A DNA stretch of 64,000 nucleotides, taken from Eledone cirrhosa. Taxonomy: Eukaryota. The notes below the pieces were generated by a model that saw only the letters and a list, made by a program, of their open reading frames with translations, was not told the origin of the DNA and did no database searches. The position numbers were made by a program, and so were the translations under genes. Shown here piece by piece: positions 40,150 to 53,362 of this stretch (positions are counted from its first letter, which is position 1; each line of letters starts with the position of its first letter). The stretch is taken from positions 87,544,001 through 87,608,000 of the forward strand of contig OZ024741.1 of the NCBI GenBank assembly GCA_964016885.1. Direction: 5' to 3'.

Positions 40150-42195
40150 CTACCCCCCCGGGTCATTATGGGGTTTGAGGGCGAGGTAAGTCCTACGCAA
40201 TCTATGTTTACATGCAGTAACCAGTTCATCTTTCTTGTTTAGGAGTCGGTCCGTCGAAAACAGCATTTGTAAAGTTTCCTCCGAGCATAAATTGCACGGA
40301 CGGCGTCCTCCCGTGTAAGAATTGGCTCTGGACAGTAATCTCCAAGTGAGATCATAGGTGATGTTGTTGTCCTTGAGGTCCCATATGTGGCCCGAAAGTG
40401 TAGTGGCGTGACGCCGGGCCGGGTTTCGGAAGGTATGTCTATGTTGGTATAGCCGGGTCTTGAAGTCACATGCGGTAAGTCCTATATAGGCTTTGTTGGA
40501 GGTATCCGTCCTCACGTTGCACTGGTAGATCACATTACGGTCTCTGCATCTATTGTCGAGTGGGCAAATAGATCTATCCGGGCAGTTACACCTCCTGGTC
40601 GGTTCTCCACTGCTATTTAGGTTATTTCTGCCATCGGGGTTGAGTTTTTTGTTGTTAGAGGAGACGATGTTTTGTGCGAAGTTTGGTGTAGTGCTGTAAG
40701 AGAGTTTGATGGTATTTTTGTTAATTATGTTGTGGTAGCGGTGTTGTAATGGGAAGTGTTTTTCAATGAGCCTAAAGAATAGTTTCCCGATGGGAGTAGT
40801 CACCTCTGCGTTGTGGGGAGGATTGAACCATGTTACATTGCGTGAGCGGCGGTGTCTCCTGCTGGTTCCGCTAATGGGATCTGGACAGTAGGATATTTCC
40901 TCCCGGAAACCACTCCGCTTGAGGGCCTGGTTGTAATAAGGCGCATGTTCATCGAATATCCGCTCATTAGCTGACAAACGGGATATGCGGAGGGAGATGT
41001 TTTTGACCAGGTTGTTTGTGATGTTCCTAGGATGGTTTGATCGGCGGTGGATGTAGTGCAGATTGTCATTAGGTTTCCTGTATGGGTAGTACAGGTCGTT
41101 TTCGAGGTCGAGGGTTACGTCCAGGAAGTTTACTCGGGTCAGGGACGTTTGTAGGGTTATTTTAAATCCCCAGTCGCGGAAGAATCTGATTAATTGTTTC
41201 CGGACCCGATCTGTACTACTGGGGTTGTACCCTTTAAGGGTAAGGAGCCCATCATCACGGTACAATCCACCACCGAATGCAGGAAACATATCAGTGAGTT
41301 TGGCTATTAGGAATAATCCTATAAGATCAGTGACCTCCGCCGAATCCGTGGCGCCCATGCTGACGTCGAAGGGTGAGTCGGGAGCTCTTTTTATCCATTT
41401 AGAGTCGTCAAAGAGTAAGACTGTCTTCCTGGCGTGGAGGATGATTTTTCTTTCCTGGTCGGTGATGGGCACGAGTGTTTCGGCGAAGTCCAAGGCGGCA
41501 GTAAGTAGCGGTAAGGTGATTGAAGCATAGTAGCTCTCTATGTCGAACTGTATGAATTTAGTTTCTCGTTTATCCTCCATATTGCTGAACCAGGAGATTA
41601 CTTCCTGGGTGTTGATCCATAGGCTAAGTCGGGTGTGTTGCTTGACTTTTGGTATCACGCGGTCTAGGATTTTTTTGCTGATTCTCCCTATGTCGGACTT
41701 CGTTGGGTTAATAAGCCTGATGGAGGGTTTACGGTCAAAATCGGATTTATGGTCCTTCAGTGTGAAGTATGGTGTCCGTGGGTCTAGAGGTTCCGTGCGG
41801 TCGGCGACCCCGAGGCTGGAGGTGATTTGTTGTCCATCTCGATTTATGTCCTCGATGCAAGAGTGGTTGGCCTTTTTATAGGTGGAGTTTAGGCTGCTCC
41901 TGATCAGTGTGTGGTATCTGTCAGGGTTGACAAAGTATAGGTTCCCAGTTTTATCCGAATGCACCATGATGTCATTTGTGTTATCATACTCTGTTAAGTT
42001 GCTACGGAGTTTTTGTAGGAATCGGTTGTGTCTGGGTTTAAATTTAATGTTCTTGACCAGTTGGAAGAGGTCATTCTCGAAGGGTGCGAGCAAGGGGTTC
42101 AGGGGCGGAGATTTGTAGGTAATAAATCCGAATCTCTCCTTGGTGCCGAAGTCTTGGTTGTCGCAATATCTGTCATAGAAAAAAGTTCTCCATCT
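40150..42195 (-). CDS. PLE RT + GIY-YIG endonuclease, open but slightly 5'-truncated (ORF-track start 42264 runs into the inverted arm)
   Basis: DKTGNLY, TLKDHK, RLINPTKS, FDIESYY, MGATDSAE, GLYRDDGL, SNHP, WFNPP, CNC-CPL-C, VIY...YIG, CNLC. Confidence 0.9.
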   Translation of the reverse strand, partial: RWRTFFYDRYCDNQDFGTKERFGFITYKSPPLNPLLAPFENDLFQLVKNIKFKPRHNRFLQKLRSNLTEYDNTNDIMVHSDKTGNLYFVNPDRYHTLIRSSLNSTYKKANHSCIEDINRDGQQITSSLGVADRTEPLDPRTPYFTLKDHKSDFDRKPSIRLINPTKSDIGRISKKILDRVIPKVKQHTRLSLWINTQEVISWFSNMEDKRETKFIQFDIESYYASITLPLLTAALDFAETLVPITDQERKIILHARKTVLLFDDSKWIKRAPDSPFDVSMGATDSAEVTDLIGLFLIAKLTDMFPAFGGGLYRDDGLLTLKGYNPSSTDRVRKQLIRFFRDWGFKITLQTSLTRVNFLDVTLDLENDLYYPYRKPNDNLHYIHRRSNHPRNITNNLVKNISLRISRLSANERIFDEHAPYYNQALKRSGFREEISYCPDPISGTSRRHRRSRNVTWFNPPHNAEVTTPIGKLFFRLIEKHFPLQHRYHNIINKNTIKLSYSTTPNFAQNIVSSNNKKLNPDGRNNLNSSGEPTRRCNCPDRSICPLDNRCRDRNVIYQCNVRTDTSNKAYIGLTACDFKTRLYQHRHTFRNPARRHATTLSGHIWDLKDNNITYDLTWRLLSRANSYTGGRRPCNLCSEETLQMLFSTDRLLNKKDELVTACKHRLRRTYLALKPHNDPGG

Positions 42196-42966
42196 AAGCG
42201 GAGTGGTTTCCGGGAGGAAATATCCTACTGTCCAGATCCCATTAGCGGAACCAGCAGGAGACACCGCCGCTCACGCAATGTAACATGGTTCAATCCTCCC
42301 CACAACGCAGAGGTGACTACTCCCATCGGGAAACTATTCTTTAGGCTCATTGAAAAACACTTCCCATTACAACACCGCTACCACAACATAATTAACAAAA
42401 ATACCATCAAACTCTCTTACAGCACTACACCAAACTTCGCACAAAACATCGTCTCCTCTAACAACAAAAAACTCAACCCCGATGGCAGAAATAACCTAAA
42501 TAGCAGTGGAGAACCGACCAGGAGGTGTAACTGCCCGGATAGATCTATTTGCCCACTCGACAATAGATGCAGAGACCGTAATGTGATCTACCAGTGCAAC
42601 GTGAGGACGGATACCTCCAACAAAGCCTATATAGGACTTACCGCATGTGACTTCAAGACCCGGCTATACCAACATAGACATACCTTCCGAAACCCGGCCC
42701 GGCGTCACGCCACTACACTTTCGGGCCACATATGGGACCTCAAGGACAACAACATCACCTATGATCTCACTTGGAGATTACTGTCCAGAGCCAATTCTTA
42801 CACGGGAGGACGCCGTCCGTGCAATTTATGCTCGGAGGAAACTTTACAAATGCTGTTTTCGACGGACCAACTCCTAAACAAGAAAGATGAACTGGTTACT
42901 GCATGTAAACATAGATTGCGTAGGACTTACCTCGCCCTCAAACCCCATAATGACCCGGGGGGGTAG
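42196..42966 (+). pseudogene. Inverted duplicate of the PLE linker + GIY-YIG
   Basis: Same protein as the 40150 ORF except DRLL>DQLL. Confidence 0.9.
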
Positions 42967-44065
42967 ACTAGGGCTATAACACCCCAGTTGCCGATTTTGC
43001 AATGGGTAACCCCTGCTTGCCAAGGAAGACGTAAGATCTTCTTTGTATTCTTTTATCGCATCCTTTATTTCCTTCCCCCCTCTCTCCTTTGTCCTTCTAC
43101 CCCAGCTCTTCTCCTTTGTCGGCGTCTTTTCCTCGCCCACCCGAGGCTGCCCTTTGGCCCCATGTAGCCTTAGTACCCCCCCTCCCCCCTCCCCTAGTCT
43201 TTGATAGATTTGGCGGACGCCGCCCTTTATAGCAGTTGGCTTAGACCCCGGATACTTGCCCCCCTTTTCCGACCGCTCCCACTATTCTCTGTGCCCTCTA
43301 TATTTCTTAGTGGCACTTATGCCTTATTTTTTCGTTTCAGTATTTCTTGCTTCGCTTTTCTTCTGGGCGGGGTGGATTCTGAACTTATTTCTCCGTATTC
43401 TACCTTTATTTCGTACGAACTTTCATGTAGCTTGTTTTAGATCTTTTAGAGTTAGCATTAGTATATATTTTTCTCGGGACTCAGAATTATTATGTCGTAC
43501 AAGTTCACTTTGCTGCACTGGGTCGTTGCTGGCCCGGGATGGAAACCTTTATTGTTTATTTCGTGGTAGTCTCTTTAGTATTTTGGCCCCTTTTGTTGAC
43601 CAGTCACCGTATCATTTACGTACTTATACCTCTTAAAAGGGTCCTTGCCTAATTCGTCCCACCTAGTTCTTTTACGTATTTCCTTATTTATTTATTTATT
43701 TATTTATTTACTTCTTTCTTTCTTTCTTTATTTTATTCTCGCCTAACAATAGCCTGACACCTAGGTCGTAGAATTTAATTTTTTCTTTACACTTATTTGC
43801 TTTTCTTCACTCTCAGTATTTTTTCTTTCCTATTTCTACCCCCCATTGTTCTACCTACCGTTCCGACTTCCTCCCCCTCCCCCTCCCCTGTATCTTCTTT
43901 GACCTCATGCCCAGCTGTAGCTGGCACTACCAACGCTTGATTGGGTCTACTCCACCCCCTCCCCTCTTTCTCCTACTGGCAGGTTTAGCCACCATCTCCC
44001 CTACTAATTTGCAACCACAGAATTACTACTGATTTTTGACAATCACTTTGACCATATATGGAATT

Positions 44066-44159
44066 ACCCCTTGAGAAGATCGGCTATTTAAATACCAGGA
44101 TAAATGTTCATTTAGTCCAGAATTAGCCGTCGAAACGGCTTGAGCTCAGCTGTCGGGGT
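44066..44159 (+). ncRNA. Type-I hammerhead, U3:A8 core variant
   Basis: ACCCC-TTGAGAA-GA(T)CGGCTA...TAGCCGTC-GAAA-CGGCT..GAGCTC..AGCTG-TC-GGGGT; cleavage triplet GUC at 44152-44154. Confidence 0.8.
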
Positions 44160-44169
44160 CTTACTGGTT

Positions 44170-44209
<40 letters not shown>

Positions 44210-44215
<6 letters not shown>

Positions 44216-47200
44216 GGTTTGAGGTTCACCACTGTATAGAGCTGGTCTATTCCGTATGGTCAATCGTAATGCAATAATGTAGAGAGTACTCAACGTAAAG
44301 CAGTTCAACCGTCTTTGTTTTTGTAGTTGGTGGTGCTATTACGGAGTTAAATATTATAATGAAATGACAGGAGGCTGGATTTGTGTAAATCCTTGAAAGG
44401 TTTATTATACTATGATCATTTCAATGACCGGGTTCCGTATGAATCCGGTGATATCATCAGGTATTCGAAATATAATACGTGAATGTAATAGGTAAAATCC
44501 ATGGGGCTGAAAATCGAGACCCGAGGGCGACCGCTATTCTGTTCCTTCAACCTCAGCCGGTCGCCCTGGAGTGACGTGGCTAAATTTTATAGTATGCTAC
44601 TACCGGTCAGATGAACGAAAACAGTAAAACACTGTAAAACACTGACTCCCAATATATTCATCTCCGCTAAGATGCGGGTCCCTGTGAAAATTTTCTCGCG
44701 CCACTCCTGGCTTGACCGTGGTCTGACATTAATATCGACCTTTCTTCCTCTTCCTTTCTATCTTCCTTCTTGTAGCCATCAACCCTTACTTTTCTACTTC
44801 TCTCTTCCCTTCCTTCTCTCCTCTCCTCCTCCCGCAGACTTATCTTCCTTCCCCCTCTTGCTTGCCTATATCTGACCAGTAGTAGTTACCTTCCTCTTTT
44901 AGCTGATATTAACCCTGACTTCTCTTCTTCTTGCTTCCCCCTTCTTCTCCTTCCTTTCTTTCTTTCTTTTACCTTGTGTCATGGGATCGACGTTAACCTA
45001 TGCTCCCATCCTTTCTGTTTTCGTTCATCTGACCGGTAGTAGCATACTATAAAATTTAGCCACGTCACTCCAGGGCGACCGGCTGAGGTTGAAGGAACAG
45101 AATAGCGGTCGCCCTCGGGTCTCGATTTTCAGCCCCATGGATTTTACCTATTACATTCACGTATTATATTTCGAATACCTGATGATATCACCGGATTCAT
45201 ACGGAACCCGGTCATTGAAATGATCATAGTATAATAAACCTTTCAAGGATTTACACAAATCCAGCCTCCTGTCATTTCATTATAATATTTAACTCCGTAA
45301 TAGCACCACCAACTACAAAAACAAAGACGGTTGAACTGCTTTACGTTGAGTACTCTCTACATTATTGCATTACGATTGACCATACGGAATAGACCAGCTC
45401 TATACAGTGGTGAACTTCAAACCTGAATAAATAACGCTCCTGAAATGTTGAGCACTTCAAAATGTAATAATCAACAGCGGCATGGGACTGAATATATCTA
45501 ACCACAATTCGAACTTTGGCTACCCGGTGCTTTCGCCTGGCCCTTTGCTACTCCCCTCACAGAATATCCGAACTTCGACGAAACTCCACGGACTGGACCA
45601 TAACATGTATTGTACTGCACTGAATTAACTAAATGGCTACCCTATACTTCTGGGCATGTATAACTCACACTGAACTCCCAGACTCGAACACGCACTGTTT
45701 CCACATCTATATGCATTATCTGACTGCAACTTGAACTATATTGTATTTCTTCTGTGTCTTGAACTCTCCATTTAATAGACAACGACTCTTGTTTGTTTAT
45801 TTATATCTTTACATCTTTATTTGCTGTATTAATGCTCCTCCACGTATTCTACCTCTATACATCCATGTACTTTCTACTTCCCTTATTCGGACTTTTACTC
45901 GCGTGTACCCTCAGCACACGTCACTGGGACATTTCCCCCTGGGAACATAAATACCGCAACCTGAACTATATTGTATTTCTCCTGTCTCTTGAACTCTACA
46001 TTTACTAGACAACGACTATTGTTTGTTTATCTATATCTTCACATCTTTGTTTGCTGTATTAATGTCCTGATTTCTCCATCTTACTCCAACACCACTCTTG
46101 TTGGTTTATTTACATGTTTATACCTATATATTGATATGTTTATATATTTATACCTCTGCTGTACCAATGTGCTCTTCCACATATTCCACTTCTATGTATC
46201 CATGTATTTCTACCCCTCACATTGGGACCTGTACCCATTAGCACACGACACTAGAATGTCTCCTCCTGAGAACAAAAATTAAACATTACACGACTATATC
46301 CCGTACTCTACATCCCACTAGGATAAATTACAGATCTACATAATACAATTAACGTTTCTTCATAAAAGACTATTTAATTAAACCCCGCAACCCAAAACCT
46401 CATAGAAGTTATTTGAATGTCTAATCTTCAATTTTCTGTTTGTTCAATTCTCAATCCTCTTACTCCTTAGTTTTATAATGTTATTCTGAATTCTTTCAAC
46501 TTCATCCGATAGAGTTAAGCAAAATTCTAAAGTTCCAACTTTCTGTCGGACCGTTGGGTGGGTTTTAGCGGCGGCGCGACCAGCTCCCTGGCGAACGGGC
46601 TCACCTGGAGTGCTTGGAAAAATAAATTCCCCTTCTTTCGGTAAATGAAAATACTCGGCGTGGCTTAATTAGCCATGGGGCCCGGGGCGCGGCCAGTGTT
46701 TTAACCGCCAAATAGTACCTTTAAATTACAGAACAAATCGGAGCTATTATATATATCAACCTGAAACTGTTGAGCTTTAAATTTTCTAACCTCTTTAATA
46801 TGGAATATTGATTATTAATTTATTAATTTTTTAACTTCATCCTATAAGTCTAAACATTGTAACACACTGACCCCCAATATATTCATCTCTGCTAAGATGC
46901 GAGTCCCTGTGAAAATTTTGTCGCGCCACTCCTGGCCCGACTGTGGTGTGACATTAATATCGACCTTCCTTCCTCTCTCTTTCTATCTTCCTTCTTGTAG
47001 CTATCAACCATTACTCTTTTACTTCTCTAAGCTAAATTTTAAAGTTCCAACTTTCTGTCGGACTGTTGGGTGGGTTTTAATGGCGGCGCGACCAGCTCCC
47101 TGGCGAACGAGCTCACCTGGAGTGCTTGGAAAAATAAATTTCCCCTTCTTTCAGTAAATGAAAATACTCGGCGTGGCTTAATTCGCCATGGGGCCCGGGG

Positions 47201-48017
47201 CGCGGCCGTTGTTTTAACCGCCAAATAGTACCTTTAAATTACAGAACAAATCGGAACTATTATATAATTAATTGTTAAACTGTTGAACTTTAAATTTTCT
47301 AACCTCTTTAATATTGAATATTGATTATTAATTTTTTTAACTTCATCCTAGAAGTCTGAACACTGTAAAACACTGACTCCCAATATATTCATCTCCGCTA
47401 AGATGCGGGTCCCTGTGAAAATTTTCTCGCGCCACTCCTGGCTTGACTGTGGTCTGACATTAATATCGACCTTTCTTCCTCTTCCTTTCTATCTTCCTTC
47501 TTGTAGCCATCAACCCTTACTTTTCTACTTCTCTCTTCCCTTCCTTCTCTCCTCTCCTCCTCCCGCAGACTTATCTTCCTTCCCCCTCTTGCTTGCCTAT
47601 ATCTGACCAGTAGTAGTTACCTTTCTCTTTTAGCTGACATTAACCCTGACTTCTCTTCTTCTTGCTTCCCCCTTCTTCTCCTTCCTTTCTTTCTTTCTTT
47701 TACCTTGTGTCATGGGATCGACGTTAACCTATGCTCCCATCCTTTCTGTTTTCGTTCATCTGACCGGTAGTAGCATACTATAAAATTTAGCCACGTCACT
47801 CCAGGGCGACCGGCTGAGGTTGAAGGAACAGAATAGCGGTCGCCCTCGGGTCTCGATTTTCAGCCCCATGGATTTTACCTATTACATTCACGTATTATAT
47901 TTCGAATACCTGATGATATCACCGGATTCATACGGAACCCGGTCATTGAAATGATCATAGTATAATAAACCTTTCAAGGATTTACACAAATCCAGCCTCC
48001 TGTCATTTCATTATAAT
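44210..48017 (+). mobile_element. ORF-less PLE-architecture element: inverted arm + 659-bp direct repeats, 2731-bp period
   Basis: 44210-44624 inverted to 45015-45429; 44628-45286 near-identical to 47359-48017; three HHRs; (TA)n flanks. Confidence 0.85.
45175..45232 (+). ncRNA. Type-I hammerhead (copies at 47906-47963 + and ~44407-44464 -)
   Basis: ATAC-CTGATGA-tatc-ACCGG...CCGGT-catt-GAAA-TGATCA-TA-GTAT; palindromic loop 3; triplet AUA. Confidence 0.75.
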
Positions 48018-48124
<107 letters not shown>

Positions 48125-48425
48125 CACATTCACACACAAGGTACTGGTCATCCAGAGATTCATAATTCACGCAGTAGGACTGAATATTACATAGTTGTGA
48201 AGTGAATACCTAAATCACACAGCCATACCTACACCAATCGTTAACTCTGTTATTCAACTACCTTCGAAAAACAAGAAAATACGAATGTACATTGTCATAA
48301 CAAATTAAGTACACCTGAAGTTGTATATACCTGTTAAAACAAAACTTTTTATTTTTCAATCTATCAAAGAAGATATTTAATGACTACTGAATTATACAAA
48401 TTTGCAGAAACTTACACACATGTGC

Positions 48426-48520
<95 letters not shown>

Positions 48521-48577
48521 ATATATATATATGTGTGTGTGTGTGTATATATATATGTATGTATATGTATGTATGTA

Positions 48578-48638
<61 letters not shown>

Positions 48639-49055
48639 AATTATTTACTTGTTTTGATATGTTTGCTGTGTATATTTTGGAGGAAACACAGTGTTTTAAG
48701 AAGCGGATTTGTTCTGTTGTTATTGTAGTTTTTATATAACAGAAAACAGTGTCTTTCAATAACCTTTCAGCTTGGCACAAGCTAATGCCATAACGGCGAT
48801 GAATTAGTTTTGCGAGGTTTTTTATATGAAATCGTGTGTCGAAACAAATATTGTTATACTTGGGTAAGGTCATATTTGTGTAATATTGCCAGAATTAATA
48901 ACAGAACACACTCACTGTTTGGTTGGTTTTCGCTTTTCGCTTCTGTGTCTTTTATATCGGTAATCTAATTTACTCGGTCCTCAATGTTGCCATTGACTGA
49001 CCGACGGTCAAAAATAATACAGATACAATATAGACACAAACACATATATATAGTT

Positions 49056-49099
49056 TATCATAAAGCTTTCGTTGCACATCTGCAACATCGTCAGTGGTG
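49056..49099 (-). ncRNA. Minimal type-I hammerhead (stem I eroded)
   Basis: CACCA-CTGACGA-t-GTTGCA-gatg-TGCAAC-GAAA-GCTTTA; palindromic AAAGCTTT. Confidence 0.7.
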
Positions 49100-49511
49100 C
49101 TCTTGTTTCCTCCCGTTGCATTGTATGTCTACGCCATTTTTATTTAGTCTGTCTATATATTTATTTGTTTATTTGCTTGTTTGTCTATTTTATTTTGTCT
49201 TCTTTGCGCATGCGTTTGCGTGTGTGTATAGTGTTTTGTTTGATGTGTGTTCGTGATTGGGTGACTAGTGTGTGTTTATGTGTTTGTTGTTATTGTGCTT
49301 GTGTATGTATTTATTTATTTATTTATCTATTTATTTACTTATTTATACTTCTCTTAGGTCAGTGTTCTTTGTTTGGGTGTTGTTGTTATTCCGTTCATTC
49401 TTTCTGTTTAGTCTTGGCCTTCTAAGTTCTATTTCACTGGCCTCTCTGATTTGCCTATCTGCTGGGTCATTTCTATGTTTAGATATTATTCTAATTTCTA
49501 TGTTGTCTATG

Positions 49512-50099
49512 TTACCGTTGTGTTGTTGTCTGGCATGTTCGTAAAGTACTGATCCGTTTTTTCGTCCTTTTAGTTCCCCCCCAGTGTTGGTCTATCCTTT
49601 CACCTATGCTACGAGCTGTCTCACCTATGTATGTTGTTGTCATGTTTCTGCAAGTACCCTCTGTACATCTTATGCTATAGACTACGTTTCTAGTTTTACA
49701 GTTTATCTGGGAGTTTATCTTACATATGATACATTTCCTATTGGTACAGTGGGTTTTCTTAAAAGGGTAGGTTTTGCTGATCAGGGATTTTATGGTCGTT
49801 CCTGGCTTTTCTACCACCTTAATTTTTAAGTGGGTCTTTCTCAGGGCCTTTCTACACTGGTTAGTTAATTTCCCTCCAGAGGTAGCGTCCACAAACATGA
49901 CACTCTGGTATCTCTGGTTATCGTACCATGAGGTGGCTTTCCCTATCTTATGTCTGGCCCTATCTAAGCTATTCCATGATTTGCTCCTGTATAATGGGAA
50001 AATTCCTTTCATGTCCAGTTCTATGAGGGTCTTATACTTCTCCATGGCTCCTTCGTATACTCTGACTCTGTCTCTTTGGTTGTAACCAGAGAACTGCAT
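49512..50099 (-). pseudogene. PLE C-terminal region with Cys cluster and GIY-YIG
   Basis: SGY..R, PLYR, IKVVE, C..C..C..CKTRNVVY...YIGETARS..ERI..H. Confidence 0.8.
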
Positions 50100-50508
50100 G
50101 CGGTTGATGACCGTCGGTCAGTCAATGACAACATTGAGGACCGAGTAAATTAGATTACCGATATAAAAGACACAGAAGCGAAAAACGAAAATCAACCAAA
50201 CAGTGAGTGTGTTCTGTTATTAATTCTGGCAATATTACACAAATATGACCCTCCCCAAGTATAACAATATTTGTTTCGACACACGATTTCATATAAAAAG
50301 CCTCGCAAAACTAATTCATCGCCGTTATATATATATATATATATAATTGGTGTTGGATGCTTAAAGCATCCGTATGCGGTAGGCCGTTTGAGAACTCGAT
50401 GCTCTCATAGAGCAGAGTGCTCAAACGGCCTACAACATACGGACGCTTTAAGCATCCAACACCAATTATTTTGCTCCTCCCCAAGTCTAACGCTTGAAGC
50501 GAATTGCC

Positions 50509-53362
50509 ATGGAGAAATTCCAGTACTCTTCCTCACCCAAAGACATCCCGATTCCTTCGACAACACCTACCTTCGCCTACTCATCCACCATACTAACTCT
50601 TTTGTCAGGCGCATGAGATGGAGCGCCATCCACTAAGACAACGGGAATACACAACAGACACAGGACGTCAGCCGCGATCACCCCAAGAGGATTTTCAAGT
50701 TCAGACGATACCCCCCGCACAACGAGGCACTGGAAGAGTTTGAAAACCGCCTAGTAAGCATCGTAAGGAACATAGAATTCAGCAGGAATGCAGCGCGTGG
50801 AAACGAGTACCTGAAGGAGCTCAGTTCCAAGATTAAAAGCATGGAGAGTTGCCCGGAATTACTTGTACCTTCAGATAAGACGGGTAACATTTACAGGATG
50901 AACCACAGAACCTACGGAAAATGCATTGAGAAAGAGATTAGGAAGATTTATAGGATTACGGGACAGGACAACCTTGACAGAATCAACAACACGACCAAAA
51001 AGTTAATGACGGGACTAGAAGTAGCAGACAGGACAAACAGTACGTACCTAGAAAACCGCGAATTTCTATCAAGGACCATAAATTAGACTTTAAGATTAAC
51101 CTCCCGGTTAGACTAATAGCACCCTCCAAGTCGGACCTAGGTAGGGTCAGCAAGAATATAATAGATAGGATCCTGCCCACACTTATGAATAGAAATAGAC
51201 CTAGCATATGGACTTCCACTAAGGAGGTAATCGACTGGTTCACAGCGCTGCCCACCAAACAGCAAGTGAACTTTGTGCAGTTGGACATAGCAAATTACTA
51301 CGCGTCTATCTCACCAGTAATTGTAAACAAGGCCCTCATGATCGCTATGGCAAGGTCCAACTTAACTAGAGGTGAAGTGAACATCATTATAGCTACTAGA
51401 AAGACGTTCATTAGGTTTGACGGTAGATTATGGAAAGGAGAGATAGACCCGACAGTTTTGACATCACCATGGGCTCGATCGACTCCGCACAGGAGACGGA
51501 CCTGGTGGGAATTTATCTACTCCGTAAGTTAGCAGAGGAGATTCCAGGAATAGGCGGGGGGGATATATAGAAACGACGCCCTATTTACCTTCCGCTCACT
51601 AAACTCTACCCAGCTGGAGCGCATGTGGAAGCGCATCTCATATTTCTTTAAGCAGAGCGGCTTATCCGTGCTAATAGAAAATAGCACTATGACGGTAAAC
51701 TTCCTAGACGTATCCTTAGAACTGGATACAGGCTTATACCGACCATATCACAAGCCCAACGAGAACCTGCAGTACGTAAACAGGCACTCAAACCACCACA
51801 AGTCGGTTATAGACGCTATAGTAAAGGGGTACCCACCCGCGTATTCTCATTGTCCGCCAACGCGGATGTGTTCAATCAGCACGCCGACTCCTACAATGAG
51901 GCACTGGGCAGGGACGGTTACACAGAAGCCATAGTGTACACCCCGGACAAGGGCAAGTCGCATAGTGAGGAACGCAAACACCCGGATACCATTAGTAATA
52001 ACATAGGCAGACAATCTACCCGTAAGCACACACATAACAGTATAGATAGGAGTATTACACACGACAGTGATGACAGCACGGCGCATAGACAGAAGAGGCG
52101 CACGGGAACCCTATGGACCCCAGCACATACGGACTGAACCGTAGTAACAGCACAGACCAGGAGGGAGAAACGAAAGATAGTGAAGTAGATAATGCAGCAC
52201 GGAACTTTGAACACGATAGGGATAACACCAAGATTAAGAATACCAACAATGATACGGCAGGATACTCGGGTAGCAGGACAGGGACGCAAACTAGGGCTAG
52301 TAAACGTGTCCAGAACAATATAGGGAGTGAATGCCTTTCCACAGACTTAAGTAATAGTTCTAAGCATAGGGATAGAATAGGGGATCAAATAAGAGTAGGG
52401 CGTAACCCGAGAAAACAACATGACAATGCACACACTACTAGTAGCAGACGACGAAATAGGAACAGATCTAGAAACATAACATAGTTCAATGCACCATACA
52501 CGCACCATACACGAAGCATGTACGCACTAACGTGCCAGGTCTCTTCTTCAGGGCATTGGTCGAGTGTTTCCCGACTTCACACAGCTCCCACAAAATATTC
52601 ACACCGTAAGTTCTCATTTTCCACGGCACCCAACATAGCAGACTACATGGCCGAGGCCAACGCATTGAGATTGAGGACACCCCATCGACAAACCGATCAG
52701 GCCCCAGACACGGCGGAGAGGAGCGCACGGGGAAGTGGTTAGTGGTTCTGGAGATGTGCCTGGGGCGGAGCCGTGGCAGCGGAGGACCCCACACCTGTCA
52801 ACAGAGACCAGCTGGTGGTGAACACTGAGTCCACTACCCTGCCGGAGCACCACTTGAGGACCGGGGAGAAGCCAAATAAGACGCCAGGCCCACATAAGGG
52901 GAATTACAAAAATGATGCACGGACCTGAACTGCCATGTTGGAGAGGAGTGCTCTCTGTAGGGAATGTGCCTGACTAAGGGCGTTATCTACAGATGTGTGC
53001 TTACCACGCACAGCGATAGGCATACATACATCGGAGCAACATCCACGACTTTTAAATTCAGGATGTACAACCACAAAAACTCGTTCAAGGACAGGAACAA
53101 GAGACACTCCACCAGACTGGCGGACTTAGTATGGGGACTCAAAGACAGTGGCATAGAGTTTGACCTCAGCTGGAGTATTGTACAGCGTGCGAATGCGTAC
53201 TCGGCCGGGGAGAGGAAGTGCAAGTTATGCCTGTCCGAGGCTATGGAGATATTAAAACTTAAGGGCGACGCAGTCAACCTCAAATCTGAAATCATCATGG
53301 CCTGCAGACACCAACGTAAATGCACGCTCTCCGTTTTAGTGATACCAGATGGGTCTATCTAA
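50509..53362 (+). pseudogene. PLE RT + GIY-YIG, frameshifted, with long linker insertions
   Basis: KDIPIPS, RRMRW, DKTGNIY, LDIANYY, IYRNDAL, YHKPNE..YVN..SNH, VIYRC..YIGAT, CKLC. Confidence 0.85.

Larger units (their letters stand above)
48636..50328 (-). mobile_element. PLE fragment: GIY-YIG end, pLTR with HHR, next ORF start, and 5' inverted arm
   Basis: 48791-49010 inverted to 50108-50327; ORF start MTLPKY...IRFLKHC at 48873. Confidence 0.8.

Noticed and set aside
42028-42264. N-termini of the 704-aa and 312-aa ORFs
   Set aside because: Each is antisense read-through across the inversion junction at ~42195, not real protein.
39480-43636. Mirror ORFs of 79-126 aa
   Set aside because: They lie in the PLE 3' UTR and are duplicated only because of the inversion; no motifs.
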